64,000 nt of DNA from the NCBI GenBank assembly GCA_040954595.2, contig CM082587.2, positions 8,871,403 through 8,935,402 of the forward strand, given 5' to 3'. This stretch comes from Balanoglossus misakiensis. Its lineage: Eukaryota > Animalia > Hemichordata. A program made the translations under genes and the position numbers. The notes below the pieces were generated by a model. It was not told the origin of the DNA, made no database searches, and saw nothing but the letters and a program-made list of their open reading frames with translations. Each line of letters opens with the position of its first letter. The first letter of the stretch is position 1. Positions 12,761 to 26,396 of this stretch are shown here, piece by piece.

Positions 12761-15700
12761 TTAATGTCAACGAGGGTAATAGTCACAGATTGACTGGCAC
12801 ATCCTTCATGCTTTAATATCATTGTCTTTATAAGCTTTACATCTATCGGTAAAAAACTCTTTCCTTGAAGTTCTACGAAAACTGCTATGACAACTTTGTA
12901 CACAGATGGAATTTGAGAGGTCGTTTTGTTTTGGTGTGTTACATTATACAAGTATATTGCCGCATGTAATACAATAGTTGGGTTTGCCTTGGATTGGTTT
13001 TGAGGGTACATGGTCTACTGTACGTTACTTACAGAAGATAATAAAATCAAAATGCATCATATGATATCAATATTCAAGTAATCCTGGTTACTTTTAAAGG
13101 CATTTATATTCTCCTCTTTCTACATACATAACAAGAGTCTTGAACGTAAAACGTCTCTCATGTTAAATCGCTTTCTGACGCACGTTTTGAAGAAAGCGCA
13201 CAAGCGAATAGAGCTACGACATTAATTGTCGACGTGGAAAAATCTGCATCTTGAATTCGAGGAAGGTTTCTTTCTTCAGTGAACGAGCGTATATTGTATA
13301 ATTTACATCATGTCAACTAAAACAAAATGATTTGAGACCCGATCATTTATTAACATGGCTCTTCAAAGCATGACTTACATCGAGAAAGAAAACATTTACT
13401 TGATCGCCTTTCTGCCAAAGCCAAGATTTCACTCCACACACTCCTCAGCACCGTGTCGTGAAAAGGTCTGTTGGGTCAAGTTGTGTGAACTAGTATGTGC
13501 ATGGCAGGGGTTTAATTTGATATCGCAAGTACCTTGTTTTATTCTAAGTTCGACGTTCATCGATTATTACCATGACAACGGTCACTGATATCTGGAAAGG
13601 GGTCCCACTCATCTTCACCGCTGCCGTGGCTGTTTATTGTGGGATGTGTGTGATCACAAATGCAGTGGATAAGTCAAATTTCACTGCAAAATCTATGTTA
13701 ATTTTAAATTTACCAAAACAGTCAGTGAATTATACCCTAATATGTCCTCAATTCTGTCTTGATTTTCACAATTGCCTAATAATGTAAACAAATGGCTACA
13801 GAAATACATTTGTAAAATATTACATCAAACAAATTGGTATAAAATACCTACACTTTAACAAACTAACGAACATGTATTTTAGTCAATCAGTCAGCAAGTC
13901 TGTCCGTTTCTCTCTGTCTTCCTCTGTTTGTCTGTCTGTCTTATTCACTTACTAATACTACATTTTAGGGTTTTTAATTAGATGTTAACACACGACTAGT
14001 AAACCTCAGTCAGGCTGTGACAGGCCCGGCCCCTGGAAAATAATGTTGAGTCTATACGGCCTGTTACGGGTCATTAGCATTTGCAAAATTCCATGTGTTT
14101 ATATTTCATAGCCAAAAGAAATATTGCGCTTATGCTGGTCCTGATACAAACCTATGGCACAGGTCTGTGTCAGTGATGATGGGTGCGCACGCGGCTGTCA
14201 AATGTACTTCGGTACAGTATAGAGAACTGTGGACACATGAGTGATGTGACGTCTAATCCCTGCTGTGCGAACATGACTGAATACAGGACCTAGATTTGCG
14301 ACAGTGGCTGATTTTTTTGTTATTGAGAACACAAATATTCCCTTTTTGCACTTCTTTATTCAAAATTGACTCAATTGTCTGAAAATGTCAACGCACGAAA
14401 TCATGCGAATTTTCAGACCCTGCAACTGGCCCTGGGGACTCAGCAGTAGTTCACAGCGCTGGATAAGTCAGAAATTACATGACAATCCTGTACATGTACC
14501 ATCAACACTTATTTTGAGTTGTGTTTTACCGCTCCGAAAAGTCATACCTCGTAACAGACGCTGGTTTAGGGCCTGTTACAGGAATATTCTAAAATCCGAC
14601 CGGGTTTAAAATAAAACTGCGCATATATATGTCATCGGCAGCTGTGGCGGAAGGAATACTTCGATACATCAAAATACTTGTGTGCATAACGTAACTTCCC
14701 GCAGGTTGAAGTATATAAAAGCTTAGTAATCCAGGCACACAAATTTGGCGATGAGAAAGACATAATAGGCAATTGAAACATTTGTGAGAGATCTTGTAGC
14801 AGCTTTGAAAGATAACATGCGGGGGCAGGAGATTGAGTCACAAGGAGGTTTTATCTGTGTCCGACAGTGACCTACTTGTACAGCACATCACACCATCCAC
14901 AAAAGTACTTAACATGCACCAAAATATACTGAATTAATGTGAATGTTGCCTTCCAGGAAATTTCTTGTATAGAATACTGTAAAATATGTGTTTGTTTCAG
15001 ATTCAAATGCAATATAAAATCCAATCTGTCATAACACGAGCAAAATCACTAATTTTTTAACATTGCTTTGAGCCGTTTTAGTTTCGTGTGAAAGTCTTCC
15101 CTTGGCCTTTTCGCGGAAATATGTTGAATAGGTTATCGGTTGTCACAGCTGAACAAATTCCAGGCACGGGCATATGATGTAAACTTCCATATTTCAATCT
15201 TATCAATGCAGCTAGAAAACCTCATGCTGATTTCAGGTCATGCCTGTCGTGTTTTTGTTCACACGACATCAAAGATATCCTCCGGCCTGTTCATGCATAT
15301 TTGTTATTAATTCAAACTAAATGTTCTTCTTTGCACCTAAAAACATTCTACGACTCAGGAAAAATGTATTCTCTTGTTTTGAACGAACCCCGATGAATAT
15401 TACTCAATGGGTAAATAGGACGGCCGTTAAAAGTGTAAATAAATAAATATGTTTTGCAAATTAGCACGCGGTTTGGTTATTTCTTGCCTTTTTCAGATAC
15501 TTCAAACGAATAGAAATTGACATAGCATTTGCCAAATCATCTCAGTTTTTACGTGTGACTCTATACGTACTGAACAGCATAAAAACAGTTCCTTTGTCGA
15601 CTGAGTATGACAAAATATTCTCGTTCCAGTTGACCCTTTCGTTGTACTGACAACAACTTACAATTCACATAGATGTGCCGCCGGCTGCGCCAGGAACTTC

Positions 15701-15990
15701 AGGTTTGATTGGTTTCCCGCAGGATACGGGTATAGATGGGCGTATTGGTACAAAACCAAATAAGCACCATCACCTTGGGGTATTGAACTTGATCAAACGT
15801 GTTGCCAGTTAATGGTTCTCAACAGTCTAAATCTGTCATTGAAGCCGGATTCACCTGCACAGCAGGCACAATGCCACATCAGGAGAACGCCAGGCAAATT
15901 AAATTCAGCCTATACCATGCATTGACAATCAGCAGTTCGGCTAAACATGGTTTCAAAAGCACAATGTCTGATAAAATGTTAATTCTTTAA

Positions 15991-16176
15991 AAGTACACGG
16001 GGTCACCCCTAATTTACATACCCCCATATATGGCTGAAATGGCGTATTTGAGTTTTCTTAAGAACATAAGGTGGCGCTCTGTTTTCGCATGTGTCACCCA
16101 CTGAAAATCGCTGATTGGCTAGATCTCGATTTACCATGGTAATTATATCCAAATTTGCATAGGTGACCGTATACCT
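15991..16176 (+). mobile_element. MITE family C, copy 2
   Basis: TTAA-AAGTACACGGGGTCACC ... AGGTGACCGTATACCT-TTAA. It shares tatatggctgaaatggcgtattt, ggtggcgctct, cacccactgaaaatc and gattggctagatctc with copy 1. Confidence 0.85.
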
Positions 16177-16505
16177 TTAAGTGTTGCTACAATCCCCGTT
16201 CCTGTTTAAACTTGAACTTAATTGTTGAATTTTCATCAGAGATTCCCATTATTTCATGACTGCGATACTTCCAATAATACATAAACATACTCAGGATGGG
16301 TGACAGTGCTTTGTTTGGTGTCGATCAACTTCGACGCGAAGGGAGTGAAATTACATAGTTTCTTCGCCATTTAAGGACTTCTGAAGTAAACCTAAGTAGA
16401 AAATTGTTTTTGTAGGATGGAAAACCTTTTGATGTTAAACCCCCACCCGCAACGTAAAAGAATATACGTTTTTGAAATATCGTAAAAGTAGTATTTTTGC
16501 CTTAA

Positions 16506-16782
16506 AAGCAGACGATCGTCTTATGCACACGTGCATAATTTCGTGTGTATAATTGTTCCGTGAATTTGTTGTTCGGCACATTCGAATAGTGGCCTGCCAT
16601 CGCTTACTTCAATGTTTCATGCGCACAGTAAAAGTTTAGTTTTTTCACCAAATTTGATTTTGTTGATCGCCGACATCTTGTCTGTTGTTAGGACAGCACA
16701 CTGCCTTATGGCATTGACTGTACACAGTTATTGTAACCAGAGTCTCTGGTTTGGCACAGGCGCATAAGACAAGCGTTGCCCT
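16506..16782 (+). mobile_element. MITE family D (Kolobok-like), copy 1
   Basis: TTAA-aagcagacgatcgtcttatgc ... gcataagacaagcgttgccct-TTAA; interior blocks are shared with 26175-26396 and 32491-32763. Confidence 0.7.
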
Positions 16783-17352
16783 TTAACCTTCAAATCGGGC
16801 GACATGCCAATAAACCACGTGAATCGATGCAAATCAGGAAGTCAAGGGTTTGGTATGTGTCCTTAAAATGGCAGTTGTTTTAGAGCAAATGTTTCAAGGT
16901 TCGTTTTGGAAAAAATAACAGACACAGCTAAGCTATATCTCTCAAATGAAACACTGTCTGGAATTACCACTTCAGCTGGATCGAAAAGTGTCTGTCCCCA
17001 GTCTGTCCTCTTCAAAAGATTCGCAGTAAAACTATCGATTGTAGCATGGGATCTGACCCAGCAGTTGTATCTTGAATTCCTAAAGTAGAAAGAAGGAAAC
17101 TTAACAGCTTGTACTTAATGTAAAGAGGGTCGATGTCACACGACAACAAGATTGAATTGTTCACATCGTTTACATGTCATTTCAATGACTGTTGAAAAGA
17201 ATTATTACATGTTTGTAAAGACCACATAATCTCTTGGCGTCCCTCGTGTGGTCTTTCACCCTTACCAACGAAACTCTTATGCTATTGAACATTAGAACTA
17301 GTATTATGAACTTAGTCGGCAAATGTAGACTTTTGGGGGCGTATATACTTAA

Positions 17353-17701
17353 AGGGACAAAGTCTCTCTCTCGCTGTCTTTTTTTCCATTATTTATGTTT
17401 GATACAAGGCATTGTTTATGTTATTCTACATGTGGATATATAGTGAATCAACGTTCGACCACACACAACTTCCATCCCACTTGTAGCCACAAGAGTGAAA
17501 AATCTACCAAAATGAATAATGAGGGTGTTTAACGTTTATTCAATTTGGCAAGATTTTATACTCATATGCTACAAACGGGATGGAAGTTATGTGTGGTCGA
17601 ACGTTGATTCACTATATATCCACGTGTAGAATAACATAAACAGTGTCTTGTATCAAACACATTTAATAGAAAAGGGGCAGCGAAAGAGAGGCTTTGTCCC
17701 T
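17353..17701. mobile_element. Fold-back MITE family E (Kolobok-like), whole element palindromic
   Basis: TTAA-AGGGACAAAG ... CTTTGTCCCT-TTAA. The two ~165-bp arms are reverse complements (e.g. gtggatatatagtgaatcaacgttcgaccacac / gtgtggtcgaacgttgattcactatatatccac) around a short spacer near 17520-17535. Confidence 0.88.
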
Positions 17702-17754
17702 TTAAGAACATTATCCATAGCATGTTTCAGCATATATTGTGCAGTTACCCTTAA

Positions 17755-17801
17755 AGGGACATAATTAGTGAAAAAAGGGCAGCGAGAGAGATGTTGTCCC
17801 T
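17755..17801. mobile_element. 47-bp minimal derivative of family E
   Basis: TTAA-AGGGACA ... gggcagcgagagagatgtTGTCCCT-TTAA; the right half matches the right end of 17353-17701. Confidence 0.7.
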
Positions 17802-18472
17802 TTAACTGATATTGCTGACTGCACATGTTTGTTCAATGTACAAACAAATGATTAGTTACTGTGACTTTACATAATATCTCATAGTACATACATTTGATTC
17901 AGCAATATCAGTTTATCCATATTTGCTGTTGTAGTTAATAACGTTCATTGTATCAATACCAGTACATCCAGACGTCTGGGAAATCAATACCTGTAACACG
18001 TTTCATCTAATTGGGTCTTGTACACAGATAACTTGTTTGAAACTTCATCCAAGCAACTTTGTCGCCAAAGGTCATCACAGCTACTCGACAATTATGTTAG
18101 CAAAAAGGTAATGCGTTTTTTTTTAAATATGAGAAACAGTTTGACACAGAAACACTTTGACATTTTAAAACGTAATCACACTTCCGTAACTACAAATTCT
18201 GATGACACAGAAATAACATTCTAAGAGCTTTCCGTTGATGTAATAGCTTTTTTGTCTAAAACATTTGTCGAATTTCTGCAAATATGTTGTCACGAACATG
18301 AAATGTTTTTTCTCAATTAACATTTATTCCCTTATATCAAATAAGGACAAGCGTTCTGCCAATCTTCATTCATTTCATGATACAGAGAAACTGGTCATGC
18401 AGCAATTATTTCACGTCACAGAGTAGTTCACATTTTAAATCCATTGACACTGGTGCTCCCTCCCCAGATGAT

Positions 18473-18548
18473 TGGATGGATGGATGGATGGATGGATGGA
18501 TGGATGGATGGATGGATGGATGATTGGATGGATGGATGGATGGATGGG
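18473..18548. repeat. (GGAT)n microsatellite
   Basis: Directly visible tandem tetramer. Confidence 0.95.
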
Positions 18549-21237
18549 TAAATAGGGTGTGTGGATGGGTGGGAGGATGGTGTGATAGCATTATGGCTGT
18601 CTATACCGTTACAATATTCAAAATTATTTAGAGTTGCTTTACGGGATTTATGCGTTCACATAATTCACAGTCTCCTGTACTGCTATTAACGAACGAACTA
18701 AATGAAAAACACTTGAACACTTCAGTTGAATTGTCCACTGTATTCCGTTACGTTATGAGAAGAAAATTATTCCAATTCTGTGCATGATGAACCGGCTGTA
18801 ACTAACTTCGCTCAGAATATTAAACATATATTTACAGTGATTCCAGAGATTTGTAACAGCCCTACGAAGAGATTTCACGAAAACAGAGACCGACTGAATG
18901 GAAACAGGCAGGGCAGTAAAGGTGGCATTACATCAAGAAAAAAACACCGTACAGTATGCGTGGTATGAGGTTATTGCATACAGCAACCAAAACGAACAAC
19001 TCAATTGAGTTTGACTGACACATGATTAAAAAAGTTCAAAGAATAAAGTACTAAGACGCCAATAAAAAGTAAAACCAATGTGCTGATTTCGACACCATAC
19101 TGGCATATACTTTGAATCTCTCTGAAGAGTGTGTGTAGGACGACGATAATAGTCTGTTAAGAAAGAGACGCGTGATTTTCATAAAGATTACATGCTAGGT
19201 CAAAGAAAGACGTGCAAATATTAGCCAAATTTAATATTAACATCATAACATTTAATGACAGGTCTTCTTTCCCGGGGTTCTCCTGTGCAGTGCAGTTTGC
19301 ACTCAGAATATCTTATTCAAGTATGTGCTGAGAGCTGATGGTTTCAAGCCTTTCTTGTGACAGCCATCTAATGAATACTGAATAAAAATTGCTTGAAAAT
19401 GGTGCATGATCATTTAAATTGCAGTGTTCATATGAACGTGACAAATTGCCTGATTAGGAAGACTCGGTTTTATTGACAAGAAATCGTGACTTGCTGTGTC
19501 GATTATAATAAATGTATACGTACATACAGGATAGCGCGAACCACTAACACCATAACGAGTACTATACACTGAGGCAAATTTCCGTCATATCTTGTAAATA
19601 ATATCAGTGTTTTCTCCCGGAGTGTTATTCAACCCAACACTTTATTTGCAAGTATTTCCACCATTTAAAAAACAGCCATATATATTTTTTCGCAATTAGA
19701 TGTCACTTAATAATAATAATAATTTTTATCTATCGTGACTTCAGCATAACTTAATGCTTTTAGATAGACAATATAAAGCAACAAAAATGGCGCCTTGAAC
19801 GTTGCATCGAAGTCTCAGTATTCTTGCAATAGCAGGAGAGTTCAAAACTATGGAACCGAAAATAGTCACTCGATAATTCCTTGACAATAATCGGTACATT
19901 TTCTTGTGTCTATTGTTCTACGGAGTCAATTTATTCGCTGTTAGTTTCAGCTTGTTGGCGGAATGTGATTCATCTACGCTTACCCCCTCGCCCTGCCTTA
20001 CACTCCCCTCCCCTAGACATGGTCGCAAGTCTGTCGTTCCTAGAAAATATGACGAACGCAAGTCTCTGTTTCTTGGAAAACATGCTGAAAAACATGTAAT
20101 CAAAACGACAGCATAAGACGTCGACTGTTGGATGCGTTTGAAGGGCGGCATGTATGGTGAAAGAAACTGCAGTGTCGGCTCCATTGAGATTGGGAGACGA
20201 TGTTGTTAGACACGTAGTATTGTTGATTAGATTTCGGTTCAAAGGAAGACCAAATATATATGACAGTCTATTCTAGCTAATTTCACAGCTGTGCTCACAT
20301 CACACAGATGTTTGTGGCTACATTAATGTTTGATGGGCGTAGGCTAAATTGGGTTGTGCATGAAGTTCAATATGTCGGATATTTGTGAAATAATGACGTA
20401 TACACGGCACATGTCAAACAAGAAAACAATGTCCCAAACCTTGTCCAATATATATGAACGTTAAAAAGAGATATATAGAGAAAACATAACATGTTCCGAT
20501 AGCACTTGTAGTTTGTAACCATTTATATGATGTCTGACCACGATAATTGATCTTTAAGACATCCGAGTAGAGCTTGTGCTCCGGATTGATTTTTTAATCC
20601 CGGTAGTTATCCATGGTTTTTCGTACTTTTTTTTTTCTTTTTGAACATAGAGTTTTTAGTCATCAATGAATCATGGTTATCACAAATATTCGGAAAATAT
20701 CTAGAAATGAATCATAACATCAACACTCTCATATAGAGCTGTCCAAATGGTACTATTCAACTCATCTCCAAAGTTACAGCACGAAGAGTTTCATATCAAA
20801 CATTTCGGGTATACATGTAATCGAGTTCTTGACAGTTATTGGGTTTATTTAATGGATTGGATACTAGTGAAAACTAGTGGAATAAACATACTATAAAGGT
20901 TGCAGCCGCTGTCATTTTAAACTTGTCACAAGCTTTCAACAATGTACCAACGATCAAAATTCCTAGAAGACACATATGCGAAAATCACCTCTGGTGAGCT
21001 CCCCCTTTGAAACTGCCTCAAAATATTACTAGTAAACTACATTAGTCGAAGCGACTTTGTCATTTCTTCTAATTACAATTCACCTTATTGGTTCAGAACA
21101 AAAAAATAGCCAGATTTATAAAACATGATATTACCCATCCGGTTCTTTTATGTGCCCGAGATTATACACTCGCGTGCTTAGGAAAAGAGCGTAAAGGTCA
21201 TTGCACAAAGCTGTCCTGAGGCTGGACCGGGAACCCA

Positions 21238-21467
<230 letters not shown>

Positions 21468-22724
21468 ACAATGTGACATAAGTGATTATGTAGCCATGTG
21501 GTAAAATCAAAGGCAGATCGATTACAACGAATAGCTACCTGTACATTAGCCACGACATTAACGTGATTTTATTATGATCAAACTTGAAATCGTGGCGCTT
21601 GTAGCCAGTGTAACCACAAAAAGTGGGATTTATGATGTTGGTTTGACAATCCTCATCTGTTTATCACCATGAATAAGGATCGCTAATTTAAACTATGCTT
21701 TCAGTGGGAAAGCTGGTCTATTATATCGAGGTTTTCATTGTTTCTGGAAAAAGGGCGAAGTAGTTATTGTGTTTGAAGAACAAAGATAGCAACATACCAC
21801 CCCCTGCAAAACACCTTTGACACTGTTAAGCCTTAATTCTTTACACTGTAACCAATAGGGTGACTATGATCTTTTCATTGTGAGGCTTCAGACATGATTA
21901 ATGTGTCTGTTTGTCTGCATGCCGACTGCATAAAATGAAATAGAAATACATTTTATTAATGGAAGTAAATTGTAAGGTTTTATAGTATTCAAAAATGCTG
22001 GAATAAAACGAATAAAAATTAATCTTGCTTGGCGATTACTTCCTGCCATTATCTGTAACGCTGGTTTAATATTTTAGTATGGCCTACTATTATCTTCTCC
22101 TTAGTGCAGTTGAAAGACGTATAAGCTTGGGCCGCCTTTTGATAATTTCACTGCAAAACTGTAAAAGCGTACATGACCAGATACCGTACCTGTGACCAGA
22201 TCTGTATAGATATAGGGCACTTGCAAATTATTTCCAAGTATTTATAAAACACTCAATCACCGTGTATATATGCTTACAGTGATAAATTGTTAATAAATTA
22301 CAGTGTGCAACACTGAGACATTCATATAAGAATTTTGCCACACCTAAGGTGTCACATCATCATGCTAGAAGAAGAAGTACATTAGGGACGCATGGCCCCA
22401 GGAACGGATACGCAAAGGTTAGATGAATACGTTCAACCTTGCTTATTACAGCAGCTTCGGGCGATTATCGTATATCTTTCAGGCAAACTGTGGAGATTTT
22501 GTAAATATACACTTTCGTACCAAAACACTTTCCGATCAGCAATGTGATAGACTCAATTTACTGGATATAACCTACTCTGTATGCCATAGCGCCTGGTTAT
22601 GTTGATTGGCTTGTAACGTGGATCAGATACTGTCTTCCTCAAAAGACATCCTTTGCACCCAGATTCCAACGACTCATTTTAGATCCCGTGTTCACACAAG
22701 GAAGTTTATGAGTCACTAATGTAT

Positions 22725-22975
22725 TATATGAGTTAAATATGATGCATAAGCAGCTGATTCCGTGGTTTCCTTTAAATGAATCTTCAAGACTAGTGAAGAA
22801 ATTGCCTTCACCTGGCATTGTTAATTGAAAGGAAACCATCGATGTATCTGAATGTCAAGTTGGAGGCCTTCACCTAATGTAACAAGGTTTCGAACAAATT
22901 CTTCACCAAGCAACAGATGGCAATTGGCACCCATGGGAATTTTTGTTCTTCACTTGGAAATACGTGACTCCTGAT
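22725..22975 (-). pseudogene. Penelope-like retroelement RT core remnant (Naiad-type motifs)
   Basis: Minus-strand pieces PMGANC.LL, SNLTFRYIDGFLSINN and LKETTESAAYASYL correspond to the PLE RT motifs IPMGTNCAPLLA, FNFTFRYIDDVLSLNN and IKETT.S..SASYLD. Confidence 0.75.
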
Positions 22976-23105
22976 TCGAAAAAAATGCAAGCAAAATATG
23001 GTGTGCTGTAATCTACTACTTCTAAGACGTCTGTGACACAGTGAACCATTTAGCCCCCATTTTGTATATCTTCATATACTAGTACGAGCTTCATCAATCG
23101 GTGAC

Positions 23106-23106
<1 letters not shown>

Positions 23107-23184
<78 letters not shown>
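23107..23184. repeat. (GATA)n(GA)n compound microsatellite
   Basis: Directly visible. Confidence 0.95.
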
Positions 23185-23187
<3 letters not shown>

Positions 23188-24930
23188 AACTGTATCCAAG
23201 TTCTGCGTGCCAAGTTCCATGTGATGCATTTCATGTTGCAACGGTGAAGCCAGAAACGGAATTCGCATATAAATCACGTGTTCATTTTGTCTTGCCGGCT
23301 ACATGTATATTGATAAGTCACCTTTGCTGTTAACGTCGCCATCTGCTATGTAAGCGGTTGTGACTCGCAGTGTATGTGTTAACGAGTGCGGGTTTAGTTA
23401 GTATTCAACATTTAAGTCTTGGGATCCCTGCTAAGCCAAAATTGACCACTCAGGTATATACTTTGTGATTTGGAAAAAAGCTTTGAACCGTCGGTTCATT
23501 TCGGTGATTGTGCTTGTTTATCTAAGGTAGGGTTAGAGTGCCATTTCGTTCAAATTGTCTGTAATGAATCAGTCGATCATGTGACACATAGGCCTAACTG
23601 ATATAATCAAATGCACCAACTCTATTACATATATGTGCATAAAGCATAATCGTGCCTATAACTATTAACTGGCATTTAGGCGCATTTGGGATGTAGTTTC
23701 AAGGACAAAGATGGCAGAAAGTACGTGATTGTATAAGCAAAGTTCTGTTGTGCAGTGAGAAGACCTATCCAACTGATACTCTTGACTTTCGTGCTTTGAA
23801 ATGACAAGGTCTTTGATTGCATATGAATAAGGATAAAAGGTACTGCGAATGTATGACTACATCAATGCAACTGTTACTCTGCTAGTAAGACTTTATTAGA
23901 ATGGTGTACTGTACTTTTAAACCTGTAACCATCCATCATATGGTAGACTGCAACGTGTACAATTACACCATTCATCTGCCTAATCGACCAATCCAAGTAT
24001 TCAAACAAAATTCCTTAGGGAGCTATCATTTATGACAAGGGGTGGGCCGGAAGGAGTTGGGGTGGGTCGGTCACGTAAAATGTCCCCCCCCCTCTTCTTG
24101 TCCTTGTTTTAAAATGTGACCATCCCCAACTGTCTTTGGTAAATTTTGAAACAGGTACGACAAATGGTCATATCAAAGTGAACTAAAATCTACAAAAGTT
24201 TTTCACCCACGCACGTCAAGAATGTGAAGATAATTTGCAAAACAATACACTTCAGAGTTGAACCATAATTATACAATTCCTGGCCATGGAATATAAAAAT
24301 GTACACCCTTTGGCCTGCTCCAGTTGACCTCCTTTTATCCCTCGTCTATGTTAATGGTAGTATCACCCACTCCGAGGCTAGTTCTTTGTGACCTTGAAGA
24401 CACGATCTCATTCACTTTCTTTTTTTACAAAACAAGCTGAGCGGCAGATAAAAAATTGTTGCACAGTTTGTTTAAAAGTAGCCAGTAGTATATTGAAGAA
24501 TGAATAGCAGTGACTGCAGCCTAGAAACATTGATATGACCATGTGGCGTACCTTCTGGGGCGCTACGCTTCCGCCATAAGAAGAGAGTCATGGAAAATTG
24601 CTAAAATTAATCATCACCGTTTACAAGATGGCCGCTGATGGAAAACGTTCGTCTCTGATTGGCTGAACCAATTTATGACTTCAATCTTAACCCTGCATGA
24701 GAGACACCAACATTGAGCATGGCAACAACAGCTAATCCGTAACACGGGGAACGATTGATGATGATAACAATAAGATGTTAAAAAAATAAAGAAAAAAGAA
24801 AACATATTTGGATTCCGTAAATTTGTTGTTGTTGTTGTTGTTTTTTTAATTATTAGTATTGTTAGTATTGATAATGTTGTTAGCATGTTGTTGTTGCTAC
24901 TAGTTGGGGTCGTGGTTATGGTTTCAGTTA

Positions 24931-25115
24931 AGCCAAATAAAAAATATGTGCTGTTCCGATTACATGGTTTTCAAAGACAAGGTAGGTAGGTAGGTAGGTA
25001 GGGGAATTTTTTTATTTTGCAATTTTTTATATCTTTGGCCAACGTAGTGTAGAAGAATGATGTCATAGAGTTCTTGCGTGATTCTCGTAATTTTCATAAA
25101 TTTTGTATATTTGAG
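24931..25115 (-). mobile_element. MITE family F (PIF/Harbinger-like), partial copy
   Basis: Reverse complement of the right half of 30441-30729 (aaaaatatgtgctgttccgat, gaagaatgatgtcatag..ttcttgcgt, attttcata.attttg); contains a (GGTA)n tract. Confidence 0.65.
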
Positions 25116-26174
25116 GGCACAGGGAACTCGAGCTCCAATAGGTTAGAATCCTAACCCTAACCCTAACCACCCACCGCTAAATACCACACCGGTTATTTAA
25201 TGCACCACAAAGGGACCTACCGAACAAAACAGAAAGATTAGACAAGCAAAACCTGACACTATAACAGTTAAGGCAACTTCCGTTTCTTGTCCTTTGGGGC
25301 TTTCACATTCCGAAAATCATTCTTTTGCCATATTTACGGAAAGTCACCTTCAACTCACCCGATTGAACCGTAAAAGCCCACGAGTTTGATTCTAAGTGAA
25401 TTATTTCACATATCAATGAACAGATTCGCATGTCATCTGTAGGCCTTTCGTCACGTGGGCGGTGGCAGTGTCGCATCAACGGCAGAACAAACTGTTTGCC
25501 CAATTTAATTTACTCCAAACATATTAGCTAACTCGTCCCCACATCATGCTCACTGGATTAATCATCGTCACTTCAGACACGATTCTTGTCCCAAATTCAT
25601 TCTGGTCTCCAACGACAAAGAATGTACATATCGTGTATTTTCAGACATCAGGTTCCCCATCGTACAACGTCAGGATGCCTTAATCTCAAACGGGTGTTAT
25701 TTGTCTGGGGTGATGGTCAGATTTGAATTTTTATATTTCCAAAAGAACGAAATTTGTAAGTTTATTCAGAAAACGTTTCATCTACAACATCAGCCGTAAA
25801 TTCTCAGACTGTTTATTAAACACAGTCATGGCAGTATCTCAGTGTCAAAGGTATTCTTTATTCAATTAAGTCATTTACTAGAAATCTGAACATTCAGATC
25901 TGATCAGCAGCCCGGAAAGTTACAAGCGCCCGTGTCATTACTGAGGCATGTCTTAACTTACATGGAATCCAATATCATAGCCAAACAAGGATAATTCAAT
26001 TTTTCTAGGACCGGCACGAAATTAAGTGACGTATGTGCACGCATCATTTGGTGTTATACAATCCGTTGTCGCCAACTGGTGGCCATTTTCCTAAAGATTT
26101 AATTGTGTTCAGAGATTGCAGCAGACCAGAAATGTAGAAAGCGCACGCACACACAAGACACGATAAATGTTTAC

Positions 26175-26396
26175 AGGCCAACGATCGTCATGTGCGCATG
26201 TGCGTAATTTCGTGTGTACAAACATTACATCCAATCCTAATCTTCGCTCTCTTCCATATTTCATGTGCACTGTATAAGTAGACTTTATTTCTGTCAATTC
26301 TTTTCACCCGATTTGTCTTTCCCGATCTCCGACACACTATGGTCGCCGCCATCTTGTCTTTGCTTTGGCACATGCGCATAAGACGATCGTCGCCCA
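26175..26396 (+). mobile_element. MITE family D, copy 2 (internally deleted)
   Basis: TIR aggccaacgatcgtcatgtgcgcatgtgc / gcacatgcgcataagacgatcgtcgccca-TTAA. The interior ttccatatttcatg.gcac.gtataagtaga and tttcccgatctccgacaca..tatggtcgccgccatctt is shared with copy 3. Confidence 0.75.

Noticed and set aside
13572-14870. Hydrophobic fragments suggestive of an MFS transporter (e.g. SPQGQLQGL)
   Set aside because: The fragments are on mixed strands and frames, with stops and no consistent splice structure.
25150-25168. (CCCTAA)3 telomere-like motif
   Set aside because: Only about three units, adjacent to a MITE fragment; too short to call an interstitial telomere or fusion site.
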